Shown: positions 18,530 through 28,259, counted from the first letter of the stretch. The stretch: DNA of 28,860 nt from an uncultured Myxococcales bacterium (GCA_964577445.1 CAZNZH010000002.1:1-28860), one strand, 5' to 3'. A program made the numbers and translations. Notes: a model not told the origin generated them from the sequence alone.

Positions 18530-18680
18530 ACCCGCTCACCCTACGCCGCCCAGCCAGATAACCGCCAGTCGGGGCCCAAACCCATACGCGAGCGAGCCCA
18601 CCGACCAGGCCGGCATGCACGCCCGACGGGAGGTTCATGGGTCAGGCCGCGAGGACCAGTCGCGGCGAAAAGCGAAGCCC

Positions 18681-19025
18681 CTACTCCTTCGGCTTCGGCC
18701 TGTACCCCGCGCCGCGCAAGACGTCGCTGATCCCGCCCTCGTCGGCCAGCCACTGCACCTCCTGCCGGGTCAGCCGTGCCACGTGACGCACGCTCAGATC
18801 CGTGCGCTCCACCCGGACCGACCAGCGGTCGCCGATGGCCCGCACCTGGAGTCGCAGGGTGCCCCGCTCGGCGCCGCCTTCGATCTCCGCCGCCAGCGCA
18901 CGCAGGTAGCGCGACAGCGCGAGCGCGGCGCGATTGTCCGGCTCCTCGAAGAAGTCGAAGTTGCGGTTGCGCGAGAGCTCAATCCCCTCTTGCCGCAACG
19001 CCTCCAGACGATCGATGGCTCCCAT
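18681..19025 (-). CDS. Small hypothetical protein, 114 aa (hidden at the 3' end of a spurious long ORF)
   Basis: MGAIDRLEALRQEGIELSRNRNFDFFEEPDNRAALALSRYLRALAAEI...LTRQEVQWLADEGGISDVLRGAGYRPKPKE. Natural protein composition, fills an otherwise empty gap, and has its own promoter. Confidence 0.65.
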   Translation of the reverse strand: MGAIDRLEALRQEGIELSRNRNFDFFEEPDNRAALALSRYLRALAAEIEGGAERGTLRLQVRAIGDRWSVRVERTDLSVRHVARLTRQEVQWLADEGGISDVLRGAGYRPKPKE

Positions 19026-19056
19026 TCGCACTGCCCCGCGCAAGCACCGATGGACG

Positions 19057-19085
19057 AGTCTACCCAATTGCGCGCGTTGTGTCGG
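19057..19085 (-). promoter_or_regulatory. sigma70-like promoter for the 114-aa gene
   Basis: Minus strand CCGACA-N17-TAGACT, 31 nt upstream of ATG 19025. Confidence 0.45.
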
Positions 19086-19112
19086 CCTTCGCGGTCGTGT
19101 CACCCTCTCGGC

Positions 19113-21563
19113 GTGCCACGCCTGACCTACGCCATCGCCAGCCTGTGGGCCCTCGCAGCCTGCCAGGAGGTCAACCACCCTCCCTCCCTGGTGCTGGTGG
19201 CGGATCAGTTCGTCCTGGTCGGCGAGCGCCTCCAGATCCAACTCATCGGCGCCGATCCCGACGGGGATTCCTTGGAGTTTGCGGTCGAGGGCCTGCCCGA
19301 CGGCGCCACGATCGCGCCGCAGAGCCCGATCACGGCGACCCTGACCTGGAGCCCGACGATCACCGACACCGAACCGGGCGGCACCATCTACAGCGCGCGC
19401 GCCATCGTCCGCGACGGCCACGGCGGCGAGTCGAGCCAGGCCTTCTCGGTGAGCGTCTTCCCCATCTTCGGCACGCCGAGCTTCGATCTGCCGGCCGGCA
19501 TCGCGCTGAACCTCGCGCGGGAAGAGACCCTGGAGCTGGCGGTCCGGGTCAAAGACGACGACTCGACCGCGGTGGCCCTGAGCCTCATCGAAGCGCCCGA
19601 GGGGGCGGTCCTGTCGAAGAGCGAACCCAAGGCGGCGATCCTCTTCTGGCGGCCGAGCCTCACCCAGCGCGAGCAGACCGTGCACCGGCTGATCTTCGGC
19701 GCCGACGACGGCCAAAACGGCCTGGTGACCCACACGCTGCTCGTCGTGCTGCTCAACGCCGAGGTGGGCGCCGGCTGCACCGGGACCCCACCGCGCGTCG
19801 AGCACACGCCGCCGGGCGATACGTTTTTGGGCGAGGGGCCCGTCGCCTTCGAGGCGCGGGTCACCGACAGCGAGTCGACGGTGGCGTCGGTGGAGGTGGG
19901 CTTCAGCCTGGGCGACCCGGAGGCGGGCCTGGAGACGCTGGCGATGCCGCGGCAGCAAGACAAGAGCGCGCTCTTTGGCGCCACCCTCGCGCTCGACGCC
20001 CTGCCCCCGGGCGGCGCGCTGCTTCGGTACCGCGTGCTCGCCCGCGACAACGACGACCCCGTCGGCCTCGCCTGCGACCAGTCGACGCGCCTGCCCAAGA
20101 CCGGCTGGTACTCCGTCGCCGTCTACCCCCCCGACGCGCCCGCCGGGGCCTGCCTGAACGACGCCGCGGAGCCCGACGACACGCCCGCCGAGGCCCCGGC
20201 GCTCTCAGCGGGCCGCTTTTCCGACCGCCGCCTCTGCCCCGGCGACGTCGACACGGCGCTGCTCTCGGTGGCGGCCGGCGAGCGGCTCACGGTGGTCCTC
20301 ACCCGCGCCCCGGCCCACGGCCTGCCCACGCTGACCCTGCGCGACAGCGCGGGCGCGCTCATCGCCGAGGCCTCGGGCGACGCCCCCACGCTGCGGGTCG
20401 AGGACGCCAGCGGCCTGGCCGGCTCCCGCGTGCTGACCGTCACGCCCCCCGACGGCAGCGACACCGGCCTCAGCTACACCCTCGACGTGGCCTTGACCTC
20501 GACCCCCTGCGCGGACGACAGCCTCGAGCCCAACGACTCGCCCCAGGCGGCCGTCCCGATGGCGCTCGGCCTGTGGGACGGCGGCGTGCTCTGCGCCGGC
20601 GATCAAGACTGGTTTCGCTTTTCCCTCGCTGCGGGCGAGCGATTTGACGTGACGCTGGACCACGACGCGAAGCTGGGCGACCTGGATCTCGAGCTGCGCG
20701 ACGCCGCCACCGGCGCGCTCTTGGACGCCGCCCGCACGCTGTCGTCGCTGGAGGTGCTGCGCTACACGACGCCCACGGCTCGCGCGGTGCTCCTCGGCGT
20801 GCTCGGCTACCAGGACGCGGGCAACGCCTACCGGCTGACGACCGAGCTCCGCGCCGCGGGCACGGTCTGCGCGGAGGACATCTTGGGCTACCACGGCGAC
20901 CCGGCCCTGGCCGTGACGCTGATGAGCGGGCTCTACGAAAACCTCATGAGCTGCCCCGACGCGCCGGACTGGTTCGCCGTCGAGGTCAACGGCGGCGAGA
21001 CCTTGACCGTGCTGGCGGAGACCGAGGGGGCGCCGTTGGAGCTGGCGATCGCGACCTCGCCCACCGCAGCGCCAGCGGCCACGGGGCGCGCCGAGCCGGG
21101 CGGGCTGGGCGAGGTCAGCCTCGTGGCCCCGAAGGCCGGCCGCCTGTGGTACCGCGTCAGCAGCGCGACCGCGGCCGGCTACGCCTTGCTGCAGGACATC
21201 GCCGACCCCAGCGGCCCGTGCCAGCCCGACCGCTTCGAGCCCAACGACAGCGCCCAGACCGCCAAGCCGCTCAGCCCCGGCGTCCACACCCAGCTTCGCC
21301 TCTGCTCGGGCGACGACACCGACGCCTTCGCCGTGACGCTCGCGGCCTTCGACCTCCTGACGGTGCTGACCGGGCACGCGGGCGGCGGCTACACCGATCT
21401 CCAGGTGCTGGACCCCGCGGGCGAGGTGGTCGAGGACGCGCTGGACCTGGGCACGGGCGCTGAGCTGACGCTGCTGGCGCCGGAGGCTGGGGAATACACG
21501 CTCCTCATCATCCCGTTCGAAGCCCAAGGGCTCGCCTACGACCTGGCGGTGCTGGTCGACTGA
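19113..21563 (+). CDS. Large lipoprotein with cadherin/He_PIG-like Ig domains and PPC (pre-peptidase C-terminal) repeats, about 816 aa
   Basis: GTG 19113 gives MPRLTYAIASLWALAAC. NHPPSLV...ADPDGDSLEFAVEGLPDGA; four modules opened by C-x-x-D-x-x-EP(N/D)D-like motifs followed by LC-x-x-D-x-D-(W/T/A)F. The ORF-track extension to 18309 overlaps two real minus-strand genes. Confidence 0.8.
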   Translation: MPRLTYAIASLWALAACQEVNHPPSLVLVADQFVLVGERLQIQLIGADPDGDSLEFAVEGLPDGATIAPQSPITATLTWSPTITDTEPGGTIYSARAIVRDGHGGESSQAFSVSVFPIFGTPSFDLPAGIALNLAREETLELAVRVKDDDSTAVALSLIEAPEGAVLSKSEPKAAILFWRPSLTQREQTVHRLIFGADDGQNGLVTHTLLVVLLNAEVGAGCTGTPPRVEHTPPGDTFLGEGPVAFEARVTDSESTVASVEVGFSLGDPEAGLETLAMPRQQDKSALFGATLALDALPPGGALLRYRVLARDNDDPVGLACDQSTRLPKTGWYSVAVYPPDAPAGACLNDAAEPDDTPAEAPALSAGRFSDRRLCPGDVDTALLSVAAGERLTVVLTRAPAHGLPTLTLRDSAGALIAEASGDAPTLRVEDASGLAGSRVLTVTPPDGSDTGLSYTLDVALTSTPCADDSLEPNDSPQAAVPMALGLWDGGVLCAGDQDWFRFSLAAGERFDVTLDHDAKLGDLDLELRDAATGALLDAARTLSSLEVLRYTTPTARAVLLGVLGYQDAGNAYRLTTELRAAGTVCAEDILGYHGDPALAVTLMSGLYENLMSCPDAPDWFAVEVNGGETLTVLAETEGAPLELAIATSPTAAPAATGRAEPGGLGEVSLVAPKAGRLWYRVSSATAAGYALLQDIADPSGPCQPDRFEPNDSAQTAKPLSPGVHTQLRLCSGDDTDAFAVTLAAFDLLTVLTGHAGGGYTDLQVLDPAGEVVEDALDLGTGAELTLLAPEAGEYTLLIIPFEAQGLAYDLAVLVD

Positions 21564-21613
21564 TCCGCACCCGGGCGCGAGCGCGCTGCGGCGCCAGGAC
21601 GGACGGCCCGTCG

Positions 21614-21642
21614 TTGTATGGCCTCTGTGGCGGTGCTACGGT
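21614..21642 (+). promoter_or_regulatory. sigma70-like promoter with extended -10 for the DUF4159-VWA-uvrC unit
   Basis: TTGTAT-N17-TACGGT, with TG at the extended -10 position. Confidence 0.5.
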
Positions 21643-21666
21643 CCGCCCGACGTGGAGGAGACATCG

Positions 21667-22437
21667 TTGAATCGCCGGCGCTTTCTGCAGGCATCGCTCG
21701 CCATGGGGGCGCTCGCCGCCGCGCCTTCACGGGCTCGAGCGTTGGGTGCGGACCAGGATCTGCGCGTGGCGCGCATCCGCTACGACGGAAACTGGAACGT
21801 GAACAGCGGCGCCGGATCCACCTGGGCCGAGGAGGTGCGGATGCGCACCTCGGTGCAGACCAGCCCTCAGGAGGAGACGGTCGGCCTGGAGGATCGCCGC
21901 TTCGGCGACCGCCCCTTCGCCATCCTCGCTGGCGACCGCGACTTCGCCCTGCGCGAGGGCGAGCAGGCGGCGCTGCGGCGCTGGCTGGAGCTGGGCGGCC
22001 TGCTCTTCATCGACAACGCCGGGCAGACCGAGCCGTCGGAGTCCTTCGACCGCGCGGTGCGCCGGGAGCTGGAGCGCCTCTTCCCCAAAGAGCCCCTGAC
22101 CCGCATCTCGCCGGAGCACGTGCTCTATCGCTCGTTTTACCGCCTGGACTACCCGGCCGGACGCGCCATCCGCAAGCCGTGGGTCGAGGGCCTCGCCATC
22201 GGGCGCCGCTACGGCGTCATCCTCAGCCACAACGACGTCCTGGGCGCCCTCGCGCGCGACCCCAGCGGGCGCTTCATCGCGACACCCACCCCCGGCGGCG
22301 AGAGCCAGCGTGAGATGGCCATGCGCTTCGCGGTCAACGTGGTGATGTACGGCCTCTGCCTTCATTACAAAGACGATCAAGTCCACCTCGACTACCTGCT
22401 CCACAACCGCAAGTGGAAGATCCGGCGGCCGGAGTAG
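21667..22437 (+). CDS. DUF4159 family protein with Tat signal, 256 aa
   Basis: GGAGGAG 6 nt before TTG 21667; MNRRRFLQASLAMGALAAAPSRARA; LRRWLELGGLLFIDNA, EHVLYRSFY, AMRFAVNVVMYGLCLHYKDDQVH. Confidence 0.85.
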   Translation: MNRRRFLQASLAMGALAAAPSRARALGADQDLRVARIRYDGNWNVNSGAGSTWAEEVRMRTSVQTSPQEETVGLEDRRFGDRPFAILAGDRDFALREGEQAALRRWLELGGLLFIDNAGQTEPSESFDRAVRRELERLFPKEPLTRISPEHVLYRSFYRLDYPAGRAIRKPWVEGLAIGRRYGVILSHNDVLGALARDPSGRFIATPTPGGESQREMAMRFAVNVVMYGLCLHYKDDQVHLDYLLHNRKWKIRRPE

Positions 22438-22442
22438 AACGC

Positions 22443-24818
22443 GTGCTCGCCGTCGCCCAATCGACCGCGCAAGACGCGGCGCTGCCCGTCATCCAGCCCG
22501 CCATGCAGACCGTGCGCGAGCTGGTGCTGCTCGGCGCGTGGAGCCCGTGGGTTCAGGCGCTGGTCGTCGTGTTGGCCCTGGGCATCCTCGGGCTGACCTT
22601 CTACAACTACCGCGGCCTGCTGCCGCGATGGCGGCGCGTGCTGCTGGTAGCGCTCCGGGCCGCCATCTTGGTGATGCTGCTCGCGATGTTCTATCAGCCC
22701 GCGATCCTCGAGGAGAACACCGCGCGCGGGCGCAATCTGGTGCCGGTGCTGGTGGACCTCTCGCAGTCCATGGGCCTGCCCCACGGCGAGCAGACGCGGC
22801 TCGAGCTGGCGCGTGAGTTCGTGCGCGACCACGACGCCCTGTGGGAGCGCTTGGGCGAGGGCAACGACCTCGTCTTCCACGGGTTTGGCCAAGAGCTGTC
22901 GGACCTGCCGAACCTCGTGACCGACCCGGACGCCCTGGCGGCGCTCAAGCCCGAGGCCCACCAGACCCGGGTGATGGAGGCGCTGGCGCAGTTGCGCGCG
23001 CGCTACAGAAACCAGGACCTCGGCGCGGTCGTGGTGCTCAGCGACGGCATCGACACGACGCCCGCGGCGCGGCGGGCGCGGCTGGACCCGGCGGGCGACG
23101 GGCTCATCCGCGAGCTGGACGCGCCCATCGTGACCTTCACCCTGCCCGACGACGGCCACCTCAAAGACATCGCGGTCTCCGAGATCATCGCCAACGGCTT
23201 CGCGTTCGTGATGAACGCCACCAGCCTGGACGCGGTGGTGCAGGTGCACGGCTACAGCGAGGGCGACCTGGTGGCGCGGCTTTTGGAAAACGGCCGCGAG
23301 GTGTCGCGCCAGACCATCGCGCTGGTGACGGGCCAGACCGAGTACACCGCCACCTTCGACTTCGTGCCGCGAAAGCTCGGCAAGCAGGTCTACGGCGTCA
23401 CGGTCGAGCACCTGCCCGACGAGATCTACGGCCAGAACAACAGCCGCCAGGTCATCGTGAAGGTCATCCGCGACAAGGTGCGCATCCTTCAGATCGTGGG
23501 CCAGCCGAGCTGGGACGAGCGCTTCTTGCGTAACCACCTGAAAGAAGACCCGAATATCGATCTCATCAGCTTCTTCATCATGGTCAGCACCGACAGCTTC
23601 CGCCCCATCTCCTCCGCCGAGACCTCGCTGATTCCCTTTCCGGCGCAGGAGCTCTTTGAGGAGGAGCTGGGCGGCTTCGATCTGGCGATCTTCCAGAACT
23701 TCAACTACGGCCCGTTCAAGACGCGGGAGTACCTGCCGGCCATCGCCCAGTTCGTGCGCGACGGCGGGGCGTTTTTGATGATCGGCGGCCCGAAATCGTT
23801 CAGCGCGGGCGGATACTACGGCACGCCCATCACCGACGTGCTGCCGGTGGAGATCCCGCCGCGCTTCGGCGACGAGCGGCGAGAGGACGAGGCGAGCTTT
23901 CGCGCGCAGCTCACCGCGGCGGGCACCCACCACCCGATCACGCGGCTGATGCTGGACCCGGCGACCAACGAGGACGTGTGGGATAACCTCCAGGAGCTGC
24001 AGGGCGTGAACCTGGTGACGCGGGCACGGCCGGACGCGGTGGTGCTGGCGACGCACCCGGCGCTCAAAGACGACCAGGGCGAGCCGATGCCGGTCATCGC
24101 GGTGCGCGAGGTGGACAAGGGGCGGTCGATGGCCGTGACGACCGACAGCATCTGGGCGTGGAGCTTTCAGGCGGGCAACGCGGGCAAAGACCCGCGGCAC
24201 TTCGACACCTTCTGGTCCAACGCCATTCGCTGGCTGATCAAGGATCCCGAGATGGATCTGGTGCGCGTGCGGGCCGTGCGCGAGCGGGTGAGCGTCGGCG
24301 ATGAGGCGCGGGCGACCGTCGAGGTCTACCGGCCGGACTATCAGCCGGCGGCAGGCCAGGCGGTGGAGGTGACGATCCGGCGGCGCGACGCGGGCGCGGG
24401 CGAGGGCGAGGGCGAGATCGTCATGCGGGTCGACGACGGCAAGACCGACCCGGACGGGGCGCTGGATGTGGCGTTTCGCGTGGAGAGACCTGGTATTTAT
24501 GAGGTCGAGGCGAGCGCGTCGGTGGTCGCGGGGCGGCGCGCCGTGGGCACCGACCTCTTCGTCGGCTCCGAGGTCGACCCGGAGCTGGAGACGGTCATCG
24601 GGGACGGGCGGCTGGTGAAGCTCTTGGCGCAGGCCTCCGGTGGGTCCGTGCAGTCGCTGGCCACCGCGGAGCCGAAGATCGAGCCGCACCCGCCGCGGGT
24701 CACCCGGGTGATGAGCCGGCGCCACGACGAGCTGTGGAACGCGCCGTGGGTGCTCGTGGCCCTGGCACTCCTCTTCGGCGCCGAGTGGTGGCTCAGGCGG
24801 CGCTACGGCTACCTGTGA
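22443..24818 (+). CDS. Membrane protein with VWA (MIDAS), Ig-like and class I GATase-like domains, about 791 aa; start uncertain (22413, 22443 or 22503)
   Basis: Two N-terminal TMs; VLVDLSQSM...T...VVVLSDG; DEIYGQNN...VKVIRDKVRILQIVGQPSWDERFLRNHL; FVRDGGAFLMIGGPKSFSAGGYYGTPITDVLPV; VDKGRSMAVTTDSIWAW; C-terminal TM followed by EWWLRRRYG. Confidence 0.8.
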   Translation: MLAVAQSTAQDAALPVIQPAMQTVRELVLLGAWSPWVQALVVVLALGILGLTFYNYRGLLPRWRRVLLVALRAAILVMLLAMFYQPAILEENTARGRNLVPVLVDLSQSMGLPHGEQTRLELAREFVRDHDALWERLGEGNDLVFHGFGQELSDLPNLVTDPDALAALKPEAHQTRVMEALAQLRARYRNQDLGAVVVLSDGIDTTPAARRARLDPAGDGLIRELDAPIVTFTLPDDGHLKDIAVSEIIANGFAFVMNATSLDAVVQVHGYSEGDLVARLLENGREVSRQTIALVTGQTEYTATFDFVPRKLGKQVYGVTVEHLPDEIYGQNNSRQVIVKVIRDKVRILQIVGQPSWDERFLRNHLKEDPNIDLISFFIMVSTDSFRPISSAETSLIPFPAQELFEEELGGFDLAIFQNFNYGPFKTREYLPAIAQFVRDGGAFLMIGGPKSFSAGGYYGTPITDVLPVEIPPRFGDERREDEASFRAQLTAAGTHHPITRLMLDPATNEDVWDNLQELQGVNLVTRARPDAVVLATHPALKDDQGEPMPVIAVREVDKGRSMAVTTDSIWAWSFQAGNAGKDPRHFDTFWSNAIRWLIKDPEMDLVRVRAVRERVSVGDEARATVEVYRPDYQPAAGQAVEVTIRRRDAGAGEGEGEIVMRVDDGKTDPDGALDVAFRVERPGIYEVEASASVVAGRRAVGTDLFVGSEVDPELETVIGDGRLVKLLAQASGGSVQSLATAEPKIEPHPPRVTRVMSRRHDELWNAPWVLVALALLFGAEWWLRRRYGYL

Positions 24819-26725
24819 GCGCGCGCGAGCACCTGCCTGACTGGCTGGCCGAGCGGCTGGACACCGCGCCGCGCTCGCCGGGCTGCTACCTCATGCGCGA
24901 CCGCGACGGCGCCATCGTCTACGTCGGCAAGGCCAAGGATCTGCGCGCGCGGCTGGCCCAGTACTTCACGCCAGGCTCCAGCGACACGCGCTTTTTCGTG
25001 GGGCTGCTCGACCGCGTGCTCGGCGCCATCGACCTCATCGTCACCCAGAACAACAAAGAAGCGCTCGTGCTGGAAAACGAGCTGATCAAGCAGCACCAGC
25101 CCCGATTCAACTTCAAGCTGCGCGACGACAAGACCTTCCTGTCCATCCGCATCGGCAAAGAGCACCCCTGGCCGCGGGTGGAGGTGGTGCGCCGCAGAAA
25201 GGCCGACGGCGCCGACTATTTCGGGCCCTACGACTCCGCGACCGCGATCCGCCACACGCTCCGCGTCGTCAACCGCCACTTCGGCCTGCGCACGTGCCGC
25301 GACGGCGAGTTCAAAAACCGCGTGCGGCCTTGCCTGGAGTACCAGATCGGCCGCTGCCCGGCGCCGTGCGTGCTGCAGGTGGACCGGGCGGCCTACGAGG
25401 AGCGCATTCAGGACGTGCGGCTGTTCTTGTCGGGTCGCGGCGACGCGCTGGTGGCGCGGCTGCGCGAGAAGATGGAGGCGTCGGCCGAGGCGCTGGATTT
25501 CGAGCTGGCGGCGCACTACCGCGACCAGATCGCGGCCATCGAGCGCTCGCTGGAAAAGCAGACCGTGCGGCTGCCGGGCGACGAAGACATCGACGTGGTG
25601 GGGCTCTACCGCGAGGGCGCCCGCGGCGTCGTGCAGGTCCTGGAGCTGAGGCGCGGCGTGCTGCGCAGCTCGCGCAGCCACATGCTCAAGCAGGTCGAGC
25701 TGCCCGACGAGGACGTGCTCGACGACTTCCTCACGGCGCGCAGCCAGAGCGTGGCACCGCTGCCCGACCTCATCCTGACGCCGCTCGAGCTCGCCGACGC
25801 CGAGACCTGGGGCGAGCTGCTGAGCGAGCGGCGGGGCAAGAAGGTCCGGGTGCATTTTCCGCAGCGCGGCACCATGCGGCGCCTGCTCACCATGGCCGAG
25901 GACAACGCCAAGCAGGCCTTCAACGCCAAGGCGAAGTCCGAAGGCGACGCGCTCGAGACCCTGGAGGGCTTGGAGCGGCGGCTGGGCCTGTCGCGCCCGC
26001 CCGTGCGCATCGAGTGCTACGACATCTCGCACATCCAGGGCGACGAGACGGTGGGCTCGATGGTGGTGGCCACCGACGGCGTGCTCGACAAAAAGGAGTA
26101 CCGGCATTTTCGGCTGCGGGGCCAGACCGCGCCTGACGATTTCTTCTCGATGCAGCAGGTGCTGTCGCGGCGGTTCAAGGTGCGGGCCGAGCGCGGCGAC
26201 GACGCCGCCGGGCGGCCTGATCTCCTGCTCGTCGACGGCGGCAAGGGCCAGCTCGCGGTGGCGGTGGCGGTGCTCGACGAGCTGGGCATCACCGGCGTCG
26301 AGGTCGCGAGCCTGGCCAAGAGCCGCGTGCTCGACGAGGACGGCCACGTCGCGCGCCGGTCGCGCGCCAAGCCGGCCAGCGACGTGGCCGACCGCTCGCC
26401 CGAGCGCGTCTTCCGGCCAGGCAGGAAAAACCCCGTGATCTTGCACGCCAACTCGAGCGAGCTCTTCCTGCTACAGCAGCTCCGCGACGAGGCGCACCGG
26501 TTCGCCATCACCTACCACCGAAAGCGGCGCCAGAAGCGCACCCTCACCAGCGCGCTGGACGCGGTGGCGGGCGTGGGCCCGGCGCGGCGAAAGGCGCTGC
26601 TGACCACCTTCGGCAGCCTGGACGGCATCCGGCGCGCGAGCCTCGACGCGCTGGCGGCCTGTCCGGGCGTCAGCCCACAGCTCGCCCGCGCGATCCACGA
26701 GGCGCTGGGCGTCTCCGCGGCGTGA
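24815..26725 (+). CDS. uvrC: Excinuclease ABC subunit C, 636 aa
   Basis: GIY-YIG (PGCYLM...YVGKAKDLRAR), four-Cys cluster motif (C...PCLEYQIGRCPAPC), UVR domain, RNase H-like domain (RIECYDISH, DGGKGQL), HhH tail. GTGA overlap with the upstream stop. Confidence 0.97.
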   Translation: MSAREHLPDWLAERLDTAPRSPGCYLMRDRDGAIVYVGKAKDLRARLAQYFTPGSSDTRFFVGLLDRVLGAIDLIVTQNNKEALVLENELIKQHQPRFNFKLRDDKTFLSIRIGKEHPWPRVEVVRRRKADGADYFGPYDSATAIRHTLRVVNRHFGLRTCRDGEFKNRVRPCLEYQIGRCPAPCVLQVDRAAYEERIQDVRLFLSGRGDALVARLREKMEASAEALDFELAAHYRDQIAAIERSLEKQTVRLPGDEDIDVVGLYREGARGVVQVLELRRGVLRSSRSHMLKQVELPDEDVLDDFLTARSQSVAPLPDLILTPLELADAETWGELLSERRGKKVRVHFPQRGTMRRLLTMAEDNAKQAFNAKAKSEGDALETLEGLERRLGLSRPPVRIECYDISHIQGDETVGSMVVATDGVLDKKEYRHFRLRGQTAPDDFFSMQQVLSRRFKVRAERGDDAAGRPDLLLVDGGKGQLAVAVAVLDELGITGVEVASLAKSRVLDEDGHVARRSRAKPASDVADRSPERVFRPGRKNPVILHANSSELFLLQQLRDEAHRFAITYHRKRRQKRTLTSALDAVAGVGPARRKALLTTFGSLDGIRRASLDALAACPGVSPQLARAIHEALGVSAA

Positions 26726-27928
26726 CTACGGGGCGGCGGGCGGCGCGGGGTCGGTGGTCTTGGCCCCCTGGGCGAACCAGGCGCAGACGATCTCGCGCTC
26801 CTCGTCGGTCATGTGGGTCACGTTGCCCAGCGGCATCACGCCCGTGCTGACCTGGGCGTTGATGCGCGGCGCGTAGCGGGTGATGTCGGCGACGCTGTCG
26901 TAGACCACTCCCTGGGGCGCGGTGGTGATGCCCGGCCAGGTCGGGGTCGCCGAGTGGCACCTCTGGCAGCGCCCCTCGAGGATGCCGCGGACGCGCGAGA
27001 AGGGGACCGGCGTGTCGGCCCAGGCCGAGCGGCGCGGCGCCGAGGCGAAGACCAGGGCGACCATGCCCGCGGCGGCCAGGGGCAAGAGCCAGTCCTTCCG
27101 CACGCCCTGACCCTTCAGGTTGAACCAGTGCCGCACGACGCCGCCGATGGCGCCGAGGGCCACCAGCACCAGCCAGCCCTGCTTGTGCCCATAGGTCATC
27201 GGGTAGTGGTTGCTCACCATGATGAAGAGCACGGGCAAGGTCATGTAATTATTGTGAAGTGAACGTTGCGCCGCCCCCTGGCCCAGGCGCGGGTCGGGGA
27301 CCTGGCCGGCGACCATCGCGGCGACGGCCTTGCGCTGGTTCGGGATGATGACGAAGAAGACGTTCAGCGCCATCAAGGTGCCGAGCATCGCACCGACGTG
27401 GATGTAGGCCGCGCGGCTGCCGAGGGTGTGGGCGAGCCCGTAGGCGACGCCGGACGCCAGGGCGAAGCCGACCGCCGCGAAGGGGGCGCCCGTGCGGCCC
27501 AGCGGCGACCGGCAGAGCAGGTCGTAGACCACCCAGCCCACGACCAGCGTGCCCACACCGACGCCGATGGCGGCCCCGGACGAGAGCTCCATCACGCCGC
27601 GATCCACCATGAAGGTGCTGGCCTGCATGTAGTAGACCAGCACCAGCAGCACGATCCCGGTGATCCAGGTGAAGTAGGCCTCCCACTTGAACCAGTGCAG
27701 GGTCGGGGGCAGCTCGCCGGGGGCGTTTTCGTACTTGGCGACCTCGTAGAAGTGCCCGCCGTGGATGGCCCAGAGGTCGCCGGCGACGCCGGGCCGCCCC
27801 CCGGCGGGGCCGCGGACGTGGTTGTTGAGCCAGTTGAAGTAGAAGCTCGCGCCGATCCACGCCGCGCCGAACACGAGGTGCATCCAGCGCGCGACCAGCG
27901 CGAGCCACTCGGTGAACTGAGGTTCCAA
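26726..27928 (-). CDS. puuD: Urate hydroxylase PuuD (membrane cytochrome c urate oxidase), 400 aa
   Basis: TTG start after GGAG; RWMHLVFGAAWIGASFYF, WAIHGGHFY, LHWFKWEAYFTWITG, NVFFVIIPNQRK, RSLHNNYMTLPVLFIMVSNHYP; C-terminal heme motif CQRCH and MPLGNVTHMTDEER. Confidence 0.92.
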   Translation of the reverse strand: MEPQFTEWLALVARWMHLVFGAAWIGASFYFNWLNNHVRGPAGGRPGVAGDLWAIHGGHFYEVAKYENAPGELPPTLHWFKWEAYFTWITGIVLLVLVYYMQASTFMVDRGVMELSSGAAIGVGVGTLVVGWVVYDLLCRSPLGRTGAPFAAVGFALASGVAYGLAHTLGSRAAYIHVGAMLGTLMALNVFFVIIPNQRKAVAAMVAGQVPDPRLGQGAAQRSLHNNYMTLPVLFIMVSNHYPMTYGHKQGWLVLVALGAIGGVVRHWFNLKGQGVRKDWLLPLAAAGMVALVFASAPRRSAWADTPVPFSRVRGILEGRCQRCHSATPTWPGITTAPQGVVYDSVADITRYAPRINAQVSTGVMPLGNVTHMTDEEREIVCAWFAQGAKTTDPAPPAAP

Positions 27929-28259
27929 CGCGGCATCTCCTGACCACCTGCGCGGTGGGGCGCGGCTCGCTCCCGAGTCTGGGGGATCGAGTCGCGGCCG
28001 TCCAACGCCTGCGGGCCCGAGATGGTCGCGGGCGGAGACCGCCGCGGCCCACGCCGGGTCGAGCTCGAGCCTGTCGCGGTATCCCGCCGCGATGCGCTCG
28101 GCTAGGAACCCATCGGAGCGCTCAGGGCGCCGCCAGCGTGCGCTAACGGGCTGAAATCACTGCTTCCGAGCCGTCGGAGGCGGCCGTCACCGGGTCGGTC
28201 GTCGTCATGGGCCGCTTCGCAGAGCTGCCCGAATTCACACGCCCCAGGCGTCATGATCG

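Noticed and set aside
18309-19112. N-terminal 268-aa extension of the 1084-aa ORF
   Set aside because: It overlaps two better-supported minus-strand genes, and a clean lipoprotein signal begins at 19113.
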